Virus record (IMG/VR): IMGVR_UViG_3300032212_000077
Location: 1 to 37,233 of that record
DNA length: 37,233 nucleotides
Reading direction: 5' to 3' (one strand)
Source of the DNA: a virus
Lineage: Duplodnaviria > Caudoviricetes
Made by a program: the position numbers and the translations under genes. Below are positions 26,365 to 34,743 of the stretch, in pieces. The notes beneath the pieces were generated by a model. It was not told the origin of the DNA. It worked only from the letters and a program-made list of their open reading frames with translations, and did not search any database. Position 1 is the first letter of the stretch; every line of letters starts with the position of its first letter.

Positions 26365-26640
26365 TTAGGATACACTCTTAAGCATTGTTTCGAATGCTGA
26401 TTTTGTTCCTAAAATGTTTGCTTCTCTAATTTTTAAGCTTGTTAAATCTTCTTTTAAGGCATCCTTTCCCCTCTCTAAATTTATTATCTCCGCTTTTAAT
26501 AGCGTTATCTTATTTGTTTTTTCCTTGATTGCTTTTAGATTCTCTCCAATCTGATCGCCTTTAGCTTTTAATTGTTTAAAGTTTTTTCCTTGTTGCTCTT
26601 TTGCTTCGTCAATAGCTGCTAAAATTGTTGCTTTATCCAT
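26365..26640 (-). CDS. Hypothetical coiled-coil protein
   Basis: 91 aa, heptad-rich. Confidence 0.7.
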   Translation of the reverse strand: MDKATILAAIDEAKEQQGKNFKQLKAKGDQIGENLKAIKEKTNKITLLKAEIINLERGKDALKEDLTSLKIREANILGTKSAFETMLKSVS

Positions 26641-26651
26641 GATATGTTTTT

Positions 26652-26852
26652 TTAATTTTCAATTTCTTTTTCATTCTCCAATTGGATTGCTAAAGCTGTG
26701 TTTGGGTCAACCTTTTTAGAGCGAACTAACCAGGCTTTTTTGCCCTTTGTGAACTTATCCCCAATAGTGTGGAACAAATCAATTACATCTCCTTTTTTGA
26801 CTTGTTTTAAGCTATGTGGGTGACTTCCGTTTTTAATCGCTCTATACATCAT
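26652..26852 (-). CDS. Hypothetical small virion-module protein
   Basis: 66 aa, KKGDVIDL motif. Confidence 0.65.
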   Translation of the reverse strand: MMYRAIKNGSHPHSLKQVKKGDVIDLFHTIGDKFTKGKKAWLVRSKKVDPNTALAIQLENEKEIEN

Positions 26853-26854
26853 AA

Positions 26855-27259
26855 TTATAAAGTATAAGGTAGATTCACCGATATTTCAAAGCGGAGAATC
26901 CTGTGGAATAATTTTAAATCAAAATCAAATTGTCCATCTGATTCGTCTGTTGGGATTATGTAGCAAACATCAATACTTTGATTAGTAAATCCATGTTGAT
27001 AATTCAAAGTGTTTTTGATCGCTTCTGATATAACTGTTAAGTTTTCGTAAGAATCAGAAAAAACATTTATCTGTATAAAAATCTTATCTGCTATTTTTTG
27101 ATATCCTTTCACCTCCATTCCATCAGTTCCAACTCTTTCGTAAGTAATCGCAGGAAATAAAGTGTTTTGAGGTACGATGATTGGATAAATTTTACTCCCT
27201 ACTAAGCTCGTAACCGTAGCGTTATTTGATAGTAGGTTATGAATTACTTTTCCAATCAT
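26855..27259 (-). CDS. Tail completion/terminator protein (DUF3168-like)
   Basis: VTSLVGSKIYP..VPQ...FPAITY...IQINVFS. Confidence 0.85.
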   Translation of the reverse strand: MIGKVIHNLLSNNATVTSLVGSKIYPIIVPQNTLFPAITYERVGTDGMEVKGYQKIADKIFIQINVFSDSYENLTVISEAIKNTLNYQHGFTNQSIDVCYIIPTDESDGQFDFDLKLFHRILRFEISVNLPYTL

Positions 27260-27747
27260 TTGATATTATTCTTTCTTTTGAAAGTTTTTAAAATTGCTTT
27301 TGTCTTAGCAGTTATTTTTGAAAAGACAATTTGCTTGGTAGATAAATAAGCCTTTTCTAAAAAATGTACTCCTTTTTGATGCACACTCCCATGCTCGACA
27401 ATGTGAGCATAGTAAGCATCAACTCTATTTCCTTTAAACTCTCCACTAGTGCCACTCTTGCTTAATCTTGCCCCAACAAACACCGCTTTGGTCCGTCTTA
27501 GCTTTGTCAAAAAACCTATTGCTCTTTTTAAGTTATTTGGGAAGTAGGTAGCTATTACTTTCCCGTTTTTGTACCGCTTAACTGGTTTTGAAGCCGTTGG
27601 TACATTTGCTTTTGCTGCTTTCATTAATGGTTTTGAGGATTCCTTTAAAACCTTCTTTAAGGCTTTTTGCTCATACTCTTTAGGCAGTCTTTTTAAGGTA
27701 TTAATAACCCGTTGGACATCCTTATTAAGTAATTGCTTATTATTCAT
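27256..27747 (-). CDS. HK97 gp10-like neck/tail component
   Basis: AAKANVP...NLKRAI...AYYAHIVEHG...FLEKA. Confidence 0.85.
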   Translation of the reverse strand: MNNKQLLNKDVQRVINTLKRLPKEYEQKALKKVLKESSKPLMKAAKANVPTASKPVKRYKNGKVIATYFPNNLKRAIGFLTKLRRTKAVFVGARLSKSGTSGEFKGNRVDAYYAHIVEHGSVHQKGVHFLEKAYLSTKQIVFSKITAKTKAILKTFKRKNNIK

Positions 27748-28100
27748 TATTCTTTTAGTTCAGACCGTAATATTAAAAACTGTTCCATTCCCTCTTCTGT
27801 GATAGATTTGATATCATAAAGCTTGGACCTATACGACACACGTAGCTTTTTATCTAAAATGGTAGCATCATACCGAATAGTAAAAACAATGTCTGTGAAG
27901 GCTGTTATGCGACTTGATTCGTCTTTTTCGTCACTAGTTCGGTTGCTGTAATCTACATTTGCCCAAACTGTTTTTAAATCACTCCATGTTACCACTTCCC
28001 CTCCATAAACATCCTGTGTAGGTGCATAACTTTTGATAGTGATTCTTCTTCTTAACAATCCTATCCTTTCATTTTTGCTATGTTCATTAACCTTTATCAT
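27747..28100 (-). CDS. Head closure protein (SPP1 gp16-like)
   Basis: IGLLRRRITI...D.YGG....W....TVWA...FTIRY...YDIKSI. Confidence 0.9.
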   Translation of the reverse strand: MIKVNEHSKNERIGLLRRRITIKSYAPTQDVYGGEVVTWSDLKTVWANVDYSNRTSDEKDESSRITAFTDIVFTIRYDATILDKKLRVSYRSKLYDIKSITEEGMEQFLILRSELKE

Positions 28101-28675
28101 ACAAATCTAAAATTCATTTCTCTTTTCAATAAATCCATTACAGTAGTCGGTAATTGCTGTACTCTGTTTTGCCTATGTTCGTATAATTCAGCAACTATTA
28201 ACTCAATTGCATCCTTGAAATGATCTGGTACATCTTCTGCTAAACCATAACCAACCACTAATTCAATTTCAACTGCGTTCAGTTCGTTTTGAGTAGTCGG
28301 ATAACTTTCGCCATGCCTGGGTAATATCCTTGCTTCCCTTGATACTAAGTCTTTATTCCATTTGGTAGTGGCCCAAGTTGAGTAAGTTAAATCGATTGTG
28401 TCACTCGCTATGTACTTAATAGCTGTGATTGATTGAATTGGAAAAACAGGTAATACCAAAGTCTCTGAAAGGAACGGAAAACGGTCACAATAAATCTTTA
28501 CCGTTTGAGTAACTAAAAACTGGTCTGTCAGGTCTTCAATGTATTTTCTGGCTGTTACCCCTAATGAGGTAATCAAAGCGTCTTCTATGGTATCATCTAT
28601 ACCCCTGATGTGTAGCTTTAATTCGGCTAAACTAACAGGTTCTTCTGTTGGTTCTGTTGTTACTTTCCAAATCAT
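28097..28675 (-). CDS. Head-tail connector (gp6-like)
   Basis: EPVSLAELKLHIR...EDALI...VPDHFKDAI...LYEHR. Confidence 0.9.
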   Translation of the reverse strand: MIWKVTTEPTEEPVSLAELKLHIRGIDDTIEDALITSLGVTARKYIEDLTDQFLVTQTVKIYCDRFPFLSETLVLPVFPIQSITAIKYIASDTIDLTYSTWATTKWNKDLVSREARILPRHGESYPTTQNELNAVEIELVVGYGLAEDVPDHFKDAIELIVAELYEHRQNRVQQLPTTVMDLLKREMNFRFV

Positions 28676-28881
28676 TACCTAGTTTCTTTTTTAGCTTTTG
28701 ATGTAGCTGTTTTGCGCTTAGTTGAAGGTTTTGCAGCTTTTACTGATTCGGCATAATTAGCTTTTACTAAATCAGCCGCTAACCTTTCACTAACTTCAAC
28801 TATCTCCCCCGCTGCATAAGCAAATGGTTTCCCTTTGAAGTTTTTTCCTGCTACACTATTTAATAATTTGATAGTTTTCAT
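28675..28881 (-). CDS. Small Lys-rich protein following the capsid gene
   Basis: 68 aa, AGEIVEV...A..LV...YAE. Confidence 0.75.
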   Translation of the reverse strand: MKTIKLLNSVAGKNFKGKPFAYAAGEIVEVSERLAADLVKANYAESVKAAKPSTKRKTATSKAKKETR

Positions 28882-28898
28882 ATCTCTTTTTTTTTGAA

Positions 28899-28929
28899 AG
28901 AAAAGGGGCTTTTTATTAACCCCTTTTCT
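28899..28929 (-). terminator. Hairpin after the major capsid gene
   Basis: AGAAAAGGGG...CCCCTTTTCT stem. Confidence 0.65.
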
Positions 28930-28964
28930 GCAAACTATGAGAAAACCTTTACTAAAAGGTAAGT

Positions 28965-30203
28965 TTATGCTTGAATCAAATGCTTAACTGCACTTGTATT
29001 GATCAATTCACCATCAGCCCTCATGTAGGCAAAGAAACCAGTAGAACGCTTTTCTACATATCTCTCAGTAGCTACTACTAATTCAATATCTTTCACGGTT
29101 CGATTAATATACTTGGACATATCACCAAACAACATTGTCTTTTGACCTGTTGCGATGTCTGCCATATCATCATTAATCACATACTGGTGTCCTTCGATTT
29201 TATCAGGTTGACCAACAATCATTGATGGTTGCCATAAAGGTCTAGCATCACTAGCACCAATTGTTATCTGCTTTAATGAGCTTAATGTTTGGTCAGTAAA
29301 CATCAATCTAGCATTTTTGCTTTTTCGGTATGAGCTATTCACAGAGTGAATTAGTTTCACTATATCTGGTCTCGAAATTGCTGCTGCTGCTGCTGCTGTG
29401 ATTCCCAAAGATGAAGCTGTAACAATTCCATTTGGTTGAGAGGAACCTGTACCTACTGTTAAATGGTTGTTAATTGCTCGGCCTAATCTTTCCCCTAACA
29501 TTTCAGCCAATAAGGTCTGAATATTAAAGTAAGAATCTTGCAACAATTCCCAAGAAACAAGAACCAATTTAGAGGTATAAGTATAAGCGTCTAATTGCTT
29601 AGAACCAAAAACTAAATCTTGTTCTGAATCTCCTGTTGTTTCTGTAATAATTGCACCAACATTGCTAGTATCATCAACTGTAGGCCAAGGAATAGGGTTA
29701 CCTGTATTCGTTCTTAGGTTTCTGGAAACTTCCATCATACCTCCGAAAAACTTCATTTGCTTATCAATCTCATTGCTAAAACCTTCTGGCATTAAGTAAC
29801 CTCCTTGTGTGTTAGTGCCTACTGTTTGCGCTCTACTTTCTCCACTAACTAAAATCTTATGCTCTTGGTCAGATAATCGATTAGATCGACTTTGCTTGAT
29901 GTATTTTTCAAAAGCCGTTCCGTAATCCTTTTTTCTCTTTTCTCCTTCTTCTTTCTGCCTGTCAAGGTCACCTCCCTGGTCTTTTACAATTGCTCTTTGC
30001 TCTCCTTCTTCTGAGTCCAATTTAGCCATCTTTTCAAATCGTTCTGCTTCGGCTAAATATCGCTTTTCATCTGCTTCGGCTGCTGTCCATTGTCCTTGCA
30101 CTTCGTCAGTCCAATTATCAGCGTGATTTGCTTGTAAATCTCGCATAGCCTTAACTGCTTTGCCCCTTTTCTCACGGGCTTCTTTTGCTTTAATTAAAGA
30201 CAT
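28965..30203 (-). CDS. Major capsid protein, HK97 family
   Basis: Coiled-coil delta domain, GGYLMPE, VSWELLQDS, GTGSSQPNGI, FGDMSKY, RADG. Confidence 0.95.
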   Translation of the reverse strand: MSLIKAKEAREKRGKAVKAMRDLQANHADNWTDEVQGQWTAAEADEKRYLAEAERFEKMAKLDSEEGEQRAIVKDQGGDLDRQKEEGEKRKKDYGTAFEKYIKQSRSNRLSDQEHKILVSGESRAQTVGTNTQGGYLMPEGFSNEIDKQMKFFGGMMEVSRNLRTNTGNPIPWPTVDDTSNVGAIITETTGDSEQDLVFGSKQLDAYTYTSKLVLVSWELLQDSYFNIQTLLAEMLGERLGRAINNHLTVGTGSSQPNGIVTASSLGITAAAAAAISRPDIVKLIHSVNSSYRKSKNARLMFTDQTLSSLKQITIGASDARPLWQPSMIVGQPDKIEGHQYVINDDMADIATGQKTMLFGDMSKYINRTVKDIELVVATERYVEKRSTGFFAYMRADGELINTSAVKHLIQA

Positions 30204-30249
30204 TTTATACTAATTTTAGGTTAATAATAAGTAGCGACAATTCGCTATT

Positions 30250-30885
30250 TTAGGACAGTTCTAAGAGGTATAATTGTCGCTCTCTTGCTGCCTTTTTATT
30301 TTCTTCCTCCTGTGTTGGAGGGGTTACATCGTTTTTATCTCTAAATTCTGTGAAACTTCTTACTGATACCTCTGTAGTAGAATAAGCAGGAAAGGTCACG
30401 GGGCTGACATCAAACAACCTTTTTACTTTCTTGATGTGTCTTACCCATTTAGTAAAATTGTCATCCGTTTCAATCTTTACCCACTCCGCTTCTTCAACTG
30501 TAAATCCAAAACTTGATTGATTGATATTTCCAAGTCGAATATTTACTAATAAGTCATTTGCATAGCTTACGTCAGGTGTTTCATACTCATACTTTAACCC
30601 AATATCATCAACTGATAAAGTCAAAGTTCCTGCTGCGTTTCTAGCTAGAATCAAATTGTTATCATGGTTAAATAATGCTCTTACGTCATCTTCTAAAACA
30701 TCATCAAAAGCGCCTTTTTCAATCGTTTCTACCCAATCCCACCCTAATAGCTCACTTTCTTCGTCAAACTTAGCTGCATATCCTACTACCTTGCGGCTTT
30801 CTTCTTCGCCATCTTGTCTTACCTCAACTTTATGTGCTGTAGTTCTCCTTTCTATTTGCCCTGTTTTAATCTTAGGTTTTGACAT
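30250..30885 (-). CDS. HK97 prohead protease
   Basis: GYAAKF...LFNHD...SSFGF...DVSPVTFPAY. Confidence 0.95.
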   Translation of the reverse strand: MSKPKIKTGQIERRTTAHKVEVRQDGEEESRKVVGYAAKFDEESELLGWDWVETIEKGAFDDVLEDDVRALFNHDNNLILARNAAGTLTLSVDDIGLKYEYETPDVSYANDLLVNIRLGNINQSSFGFTVEEAEWVKIETDDNFTKWVRHIKKVKRLFDVSPVTFPAYSTTEVSVRSFTEFRDKNDVTPPTQEEENKKAARERQLYLLELS

Positions 30886-32246
30886 TATTCTACTGTATTT
30901 AATTGAGGGTCAACCTCATTATTTTTAAAGGATATTGGTCTCTTGATCGATTTAGATTCTTTTGTATTCTTTGTGTTATTCTTGACGTACTTTAGCCTAT
31001 CTTCTTCTTTCGCTCCTGCCATGTTAAGTTGAATCCAATGTTTTTTACTCCAATCTGTGTTAAGGGTGTTTAATCCAATCATCTTACGCCCATCATCAAT
31101 ATTCATCACACCACCATTTATCATTGTTCTGATAAACTCGGCAGTTTTTTCACTATCTGCTCGTAATAATTCTGTGAAATCAAAACCAGTTTCATGGGTC
31201 ATTATTTCCCCTTCTTCTAGTAGCTTCATATCAAGCTCTTCCTGCCAATTTCGTGCAACTGGCCTAAGTGACTTGTTAATAAAATCCCTTGCTATTTGCT
31301 CAATATTGTTGAAGCTCATTTTATCCAATGCCGATAACATATAAAGAGGTACATTAAACCATCTTGATACGTCCTCAACTGATAACTTTCTACTATCTCC
31401 CAACATTGATTCCTGTGGAGTCAAGCCAATACGCTTATACTCCATTCCTCCTTCCAAAACTGGTGTGCTTCCTGCTTGACTAAATCCACCATGGCGAGCT
31501 GACCAACTTTTAGAAATGCTTTGCTTCTGTGGGTCACCTAGTTTACCAGGGAATTGTAAGTATCCACTAATGTGAGCGCCATTTCCAAAAAATGCTGCTT
31601 CGAACTCCTGAGCCGCTACTGCTAGACTAATGTTTTCCTTTCCTAGATGGATTGGGCTTAAACCATTGATACCGTCACATGAAAAATTCCTTAAGTGAAT
31701 CATATCAGTGAAAGGCACTTCAATCTCTTTACCTTTATCCTTATAGTAGTAAATCAAATCTCCATTATCGGTCTCTTTGTACCTGACTAGACTTGGCCTA
31801 ATGATTTTTAGCTCTTTAGGTCGCTGTGTTATTCTATTTCGGATAATTCTAGCAAAAGCATTACCTCTTAATTCAAGTAACGCTTGCATGGTCCATCTGA
31901 ATTGAAAAGAGGTTAAATGTCTGTGCGGTCTTTTGGATATAAGTCTATTAACTGGATGTAATCTATCCACCTTTTTCCCTGTTTCGTCTACTTCATACAC
32001 TTGAAAAGGTAAAGAAGCTATCATATCAGCTTTAATCCTTACTGCTGCATAAATAGCTGATATTCCTAATGCTCTATCCTCTGTGAGATTTACACCCGAT
32101 TTGGTTTTACCTCCAAAGAAATCCACTAACCATTGAGCAGGATTGGAAAGGCTTGTACTCGGATTGTTTACGCTCCTTGTTTCTACCTCTGTAAAAAACA
32201 GATTTGAGATATTTCTAAGGTTTATGTTTTTTCCGAATAACTTCAT
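30885..32246 (-). CDS. HK97 portal protein
   Basis: GNAFA, MIHLR...GLSP, VLEGG, FNVP, NNIEQ. Confidence 0.95.
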   Translation of the reverse strand: MKLFGKNINLRNISNLFFTEVETRSVNNPSTSLSNPAQWLVDFFGGKTKSGVNLTEDRALGISAIYAAVRIKADMIASLPFQVYEVDETGKKVDRLHPVNRLISKRPHRHLTSFQFRWTMQALLELRGNAFARIIRNRITQRPKELKIIRPSLVRYKETDNGDLIYYYKDKGKEIEVPFTDMIHLRNFSCDGINGLSPIHLGKENISLAVAAQEFEAAFFGNGAHISGYLQFPGKLGDPQKQSISKSWSARHGGFSQAGSTPVLEGGMEYKRIGLTPQESMLGDSRKLSVEDVSRWFNVPLYMLSALDKMSFNNIEQIARDFINKSLRPVARNWQEELDMKLLEEGEIMTHETGFDFTELLRADSEKTAEFIRTMINGGVMNIDDGRKMIGLNTLNTDWSKKHWIQLNMAGAKEEDRLKYVKNNTKNTKESKSIKRPISFKNNEVDPQLNTVE

Positions 32247-32281
32247 GTCGCAATTATGCGGGTGTTTTTGAGTTATTTTGG

Positions 32282-32289
32282 CAAACTTA
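32282..32289 (-). promoter_or_regulatory. Bacteroidota -7 promoter box upstream of the portal gene
   Basis: TAAGTTTG matches TAnnTTTG, about 35 nt before the portal ATG; no clear -33 box. Confidence 0.55.
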
Positions 32290-32395
32290 GTTTTAAAATG
32301 AGCAGAAATGGTTGAGTAAATCGATTCTAAGGGGTTATATATGGCGTATTAGAGCGTTTTGGGGTTGTTTAGTATATATGGTAGGTTGAAAATAA

Positions 32396-32427
32396 AAACG
32401 CCTTAAATCTTACGAAATAAGGCGTTT
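32396..32427 (-). terminator. Terminator closing the antirepressor operon
   Basis: AAACGCCTTA/TAAGGCGTTT stem followed by a T-rich tract on the minus strand. Confidence 0.65.
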
Positions 32428-32440
32428 AAAGGTGGTTAGT

Positions 32441-32653
32441 TTATCTTATTTGACTATGGAGTATCAATAGCTTTAAAAAAACTTCACAACTCATCATTTT
32501 TGATTGTATGCAAAGTTCCTTATACTCTTTACTGGCTTGGTAAACTAAAAACGAATCTCGCAAATAGTCCTGAACCATCGAACTTTCAAAATATAGTTTA
32601 AATTCCTTTAATGCGTCTCGTTCTTTTTTAGGAAGTTGTTTTTTATTAGGCAT
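32441..32653 (-). CDS. Small protein coupled to the antirepressor
   Basis: 70 aa, overlaps the ant stop. Confidence 0.6.
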   Translation of the reverse strand: MPNKKQLPKKERDALKEFKLYFESSMVQDYLRDSFLVYQASKEYKELCIQSKMMSCEVFLKLLILHSQIR

Positions 32654-33350
32654 TGGTCGTAGGGTTTAATAAGTTATGAATAAAGTTTCTTCCTTTCTCC
32701 GTCCATTTCGTATGGTGTCGGCTCTTTTCATTACCATTCCTGTCTTCCCATAATATAGTGCTTACTTCCGTATATCCTTCATCTGCGTACCCTTCCGTTA
32801 ATACCCATTGCCCACTTATTTTGTACTGTACGCCTTTTGCTGCTAGTATCTTATTTAGCTTTATGGCACTCATGCCCATTTCTTTGGCTATGTGCGTAAT
32901 AGGAAAACTACCTTTGGTCGCTAATACTCTATCGTGGTACTCAATCTTAGGTTGGTCTTTTTCCTGTTGCTCTAGTAACTGTAAAATCAATCGTTGCTGC
33001 TCTAATTGGCTCGGTATCCGCAATGGTTGTTTTAGTTGCTTCTCGCATTCGATAAAATAACGCCTTGCTTGTCTGCCCTTTTCGTTGTTTTCGACCATAG
33101 CTAATTCTTTTGCCATGTCTAGGGTAATGCAGTATTCTATTCGGGTAGTTGCTCCGTTTTCTCGCTTCATAGAATTATGAAACGAGGTGTAATCAATATT
33201 TACAACAAATTGATATTTCTTTATCCTAGATTTAATCCAGTCAGAAAACTGTTGCTTTGATTCTAAAAAGTAATGTAAATCACGTGCAGAAATGCACTTT
33301 TGGAAAGTCTTGCCTTTTTTGATAGGCACTAATTCTGAAATCTTAACCAT
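32646..33350 (-). CDS. Phage antirepressor (AntA/AntB N-terminus plus KilAC C-terminus)
   Basis: SARDLH.FLE..QQFSDWIK.RI...LDMAKELAMVE..EKGRQARRYFIECEK; PKIEYHDRVL...IAKEMGMSAIKLN...WTEKGR.FI. Confidence 0.92.
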   Translation of the reverse strand: MVKISELVPIKKGKTFQKCISARDLHYFLESKQQFSDWIKSRIKKYQFVVNIDYTSFHNSMKRENGATTRIEYCITLDMAKELAMVENNEKGRQARRYFIECEKQLKQPLRIPSQLEQQRLILQLLEQQEKDQPKIEYHDRVLATKGSFPITHIAKEMGMSAIKLNKILAAKGVQYKISGQWVLTEGYADEGYTEVSTILWEDRNGNEKSRHHTKWTEKGRNFIHNLLNPTTNA

Positions 33351-33560
33351 TGGTCGTTATATTAAGGATAAGACTATGGGCAGAAATCTAAAAAATAATC
33401 AAAAGCATAACGACCAAGTTCCACTATTGACTAACAAATACATATCGGGCTTAATGCCGAAAGGATAGGTTTAGATTCTGCCCAAATCTTATATATCGTA
33501 AAAAATAAAGTTAAAGGAAACGATTCATTAATCATTTACTATGGAACATTGGTCGTTATT
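33351..33560 (-). ncRNA. Structured antirepressor leader with C4/CI-like antisense element
   Basis: Long stem 33368-33390/33472-33492; its loop holds TGGAACTTGGTCGTTAT, complementary to ATAACGACCAA at the leader 5' end and at the ant start codon. Confidence 0.7.
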
Positions 33561-33565
33561 CGCTA

Positions 33566-33596
33566 CAAAACTATATTTAAATAATGATAAAGTCAA
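33566..33596 (-). promoter_or_regulatory. Bacteroidota sigma-70 promoter of the antirepressor operon
   Basis: TTG-N20-TAGTTTTG. Confidence 0.7.
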
Positions 33597-33603
33597 GACA
33601 AAA

Positions 33604-34059
33604 CTATTTATATGACTTGTTTCCTTCTATTTCGTTAGCAATTAATTCCATTTTAGCAAATATTACCCCAAAAAAACTTTTTGGTTTTTTGTTGTAGTAA
33701 ACTTCCCTATACTCTGTTTTCTTTTCTTTAAAAAGTGGTGAAGTCTCTAGTGCATTTTCATCACCCGCCCATTTTGCTGAAATAGTTATTTTGTTTTTTG
33801 TAGTAGTTATTTTAAAATAATACCACATTTTTATTCCTAATTTAGTTAAAGTTAATTCTTCTGTCACAATAGACCCGAAATCTTTATTACTGCTTTTGAT
33901 CTCCAAATCATTTGCAATAATAGACTGTCCTGTGATTTTATAATTATCATCAGCCGTTAAATCGTTTTCAATTATTATTTTAGTTGTCTTTTTATGAATA
34001 GGTTGCCCCCATAAAGAGCCACAAGTCAACAAAAAGGCAAAAAGGGTTAATAACTTCAT
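33604..34059 (-). CDS. Secreted/periplasmic protein, paralog of 14996..15448
   Basis: Signal peptide MKLLTLFAFLLTCGSLWG|Q; shares KKT.KIII.N.L.A.DN.K..G...ND..I...KDFG.I.TE. Confidence 0.8.
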   Translation of the reverse strand: MKLLTLFAFLLTCGSLWGQPIHKKTTKIIIENDLTADDNYKITGQSIIANDLEIKSSNKDFGSIVTEELTLTKLGIKMWYYFKITTTKNKITISAKWAGDENALETSPLFKEKKTEYREVYYNKKPKSFFGVIFAKMELIANEIEGNKSYK

Positions 34060-34140
34060 TTTATGATAGTTTTAAGTGATAAAAGAAGATAATTTAAATT
34101 AAAAAAAGGATTAAGTCAAATGAGGTAATCAAAACAAAAA

Positions 34141-34168
34141 CCGTCCATCGTAACGCAACGGTGGACGG
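34141..34168 (-). terminator. Intrinsic terminator downstream of the terminase operon
   Basis: CCGTCCACCGT/ACGATGGACGG stem followed by TTTTTGTTTTG on the minus strand. Confidence 0.75.
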
Positions 34169-34219
34169 AAAATTAATTTAAAACGGGTTAAAAATGAAAA
34201 TTAATACTTCTTTTCGTGT

Positions 34220-34465
34220 TTATGAGGTCTTAGTGAATTGACTAATTGCTTCTTCTACTATTTTAGATAAGCAATTATTTAGACTCTTTGAGTAAGAGTC
34301 ATAACTAACTCTAACATCATCATTGCGATAAGACGGCTTATCTTCCATAGTATCTACTAATACAAGTTTTATCACAAAATCGTTATTGATTTCCTTGTTA
34401 GGAAAAGACAAATAAATAGAATACCGCCCTTTGTAAATCGTTATTGTTTTAAATCTAAAATTCAT
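34220..34465 (-). CDS. Hypothetical protein
   Basis: 81 aa ORF. Confidence 0.55.
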   Translation of the reverse strand: MNFRFKTITIYKGRYSIYLSFPNKEINNDFVIKLVLVDTMEDKPSYRNDDVRVSYDSYSKSLNNCLSKIVEEAISQFTKTS

Positions 34466-34470
34466 AATTT

Positions 34471-34743
34471 TTATTTTTTTTTATTGGTTCGTAATTGCTC
34501 GGCTCTCTTAAGTTTGTTTCTTATCTGTCTGAGCCTATATTGTCTTCTTGCACTAGCAAAAGACTTGTAACTACTGTATCGATTGACCCCAAAGAAAAAA
34601 TAATATTCTTCCTCTGTTTTAAGGTATGCAGCTTTATAAGTTTTACATTCACTCGCATGAAATAGGAACCTATCAACGTATCCCTTAGCGCCAACCAACT
34701 TTATAGCCCAAACTGGAATTAAAATTTTATCTGTATCTGTCAT
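34471..34743 (-). CDS. Conserved hypothetical protein after terL
   Basis: TYKAAY...EEEY...FG.NRYSSYKSF motif, which I recall between terL and portal in Bacteroidota phages; 4-nt overlap with terL. Confidence 0.75.
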   Translation of the reverse strand: MTDTDKILIPVWAIKLVGAKGYVDRFLFHASECKTYKAAYLKTEEEYYFFFGVNRYSSYKSFASARRQYRLRQIRNKLKRAEQLRTNKKK

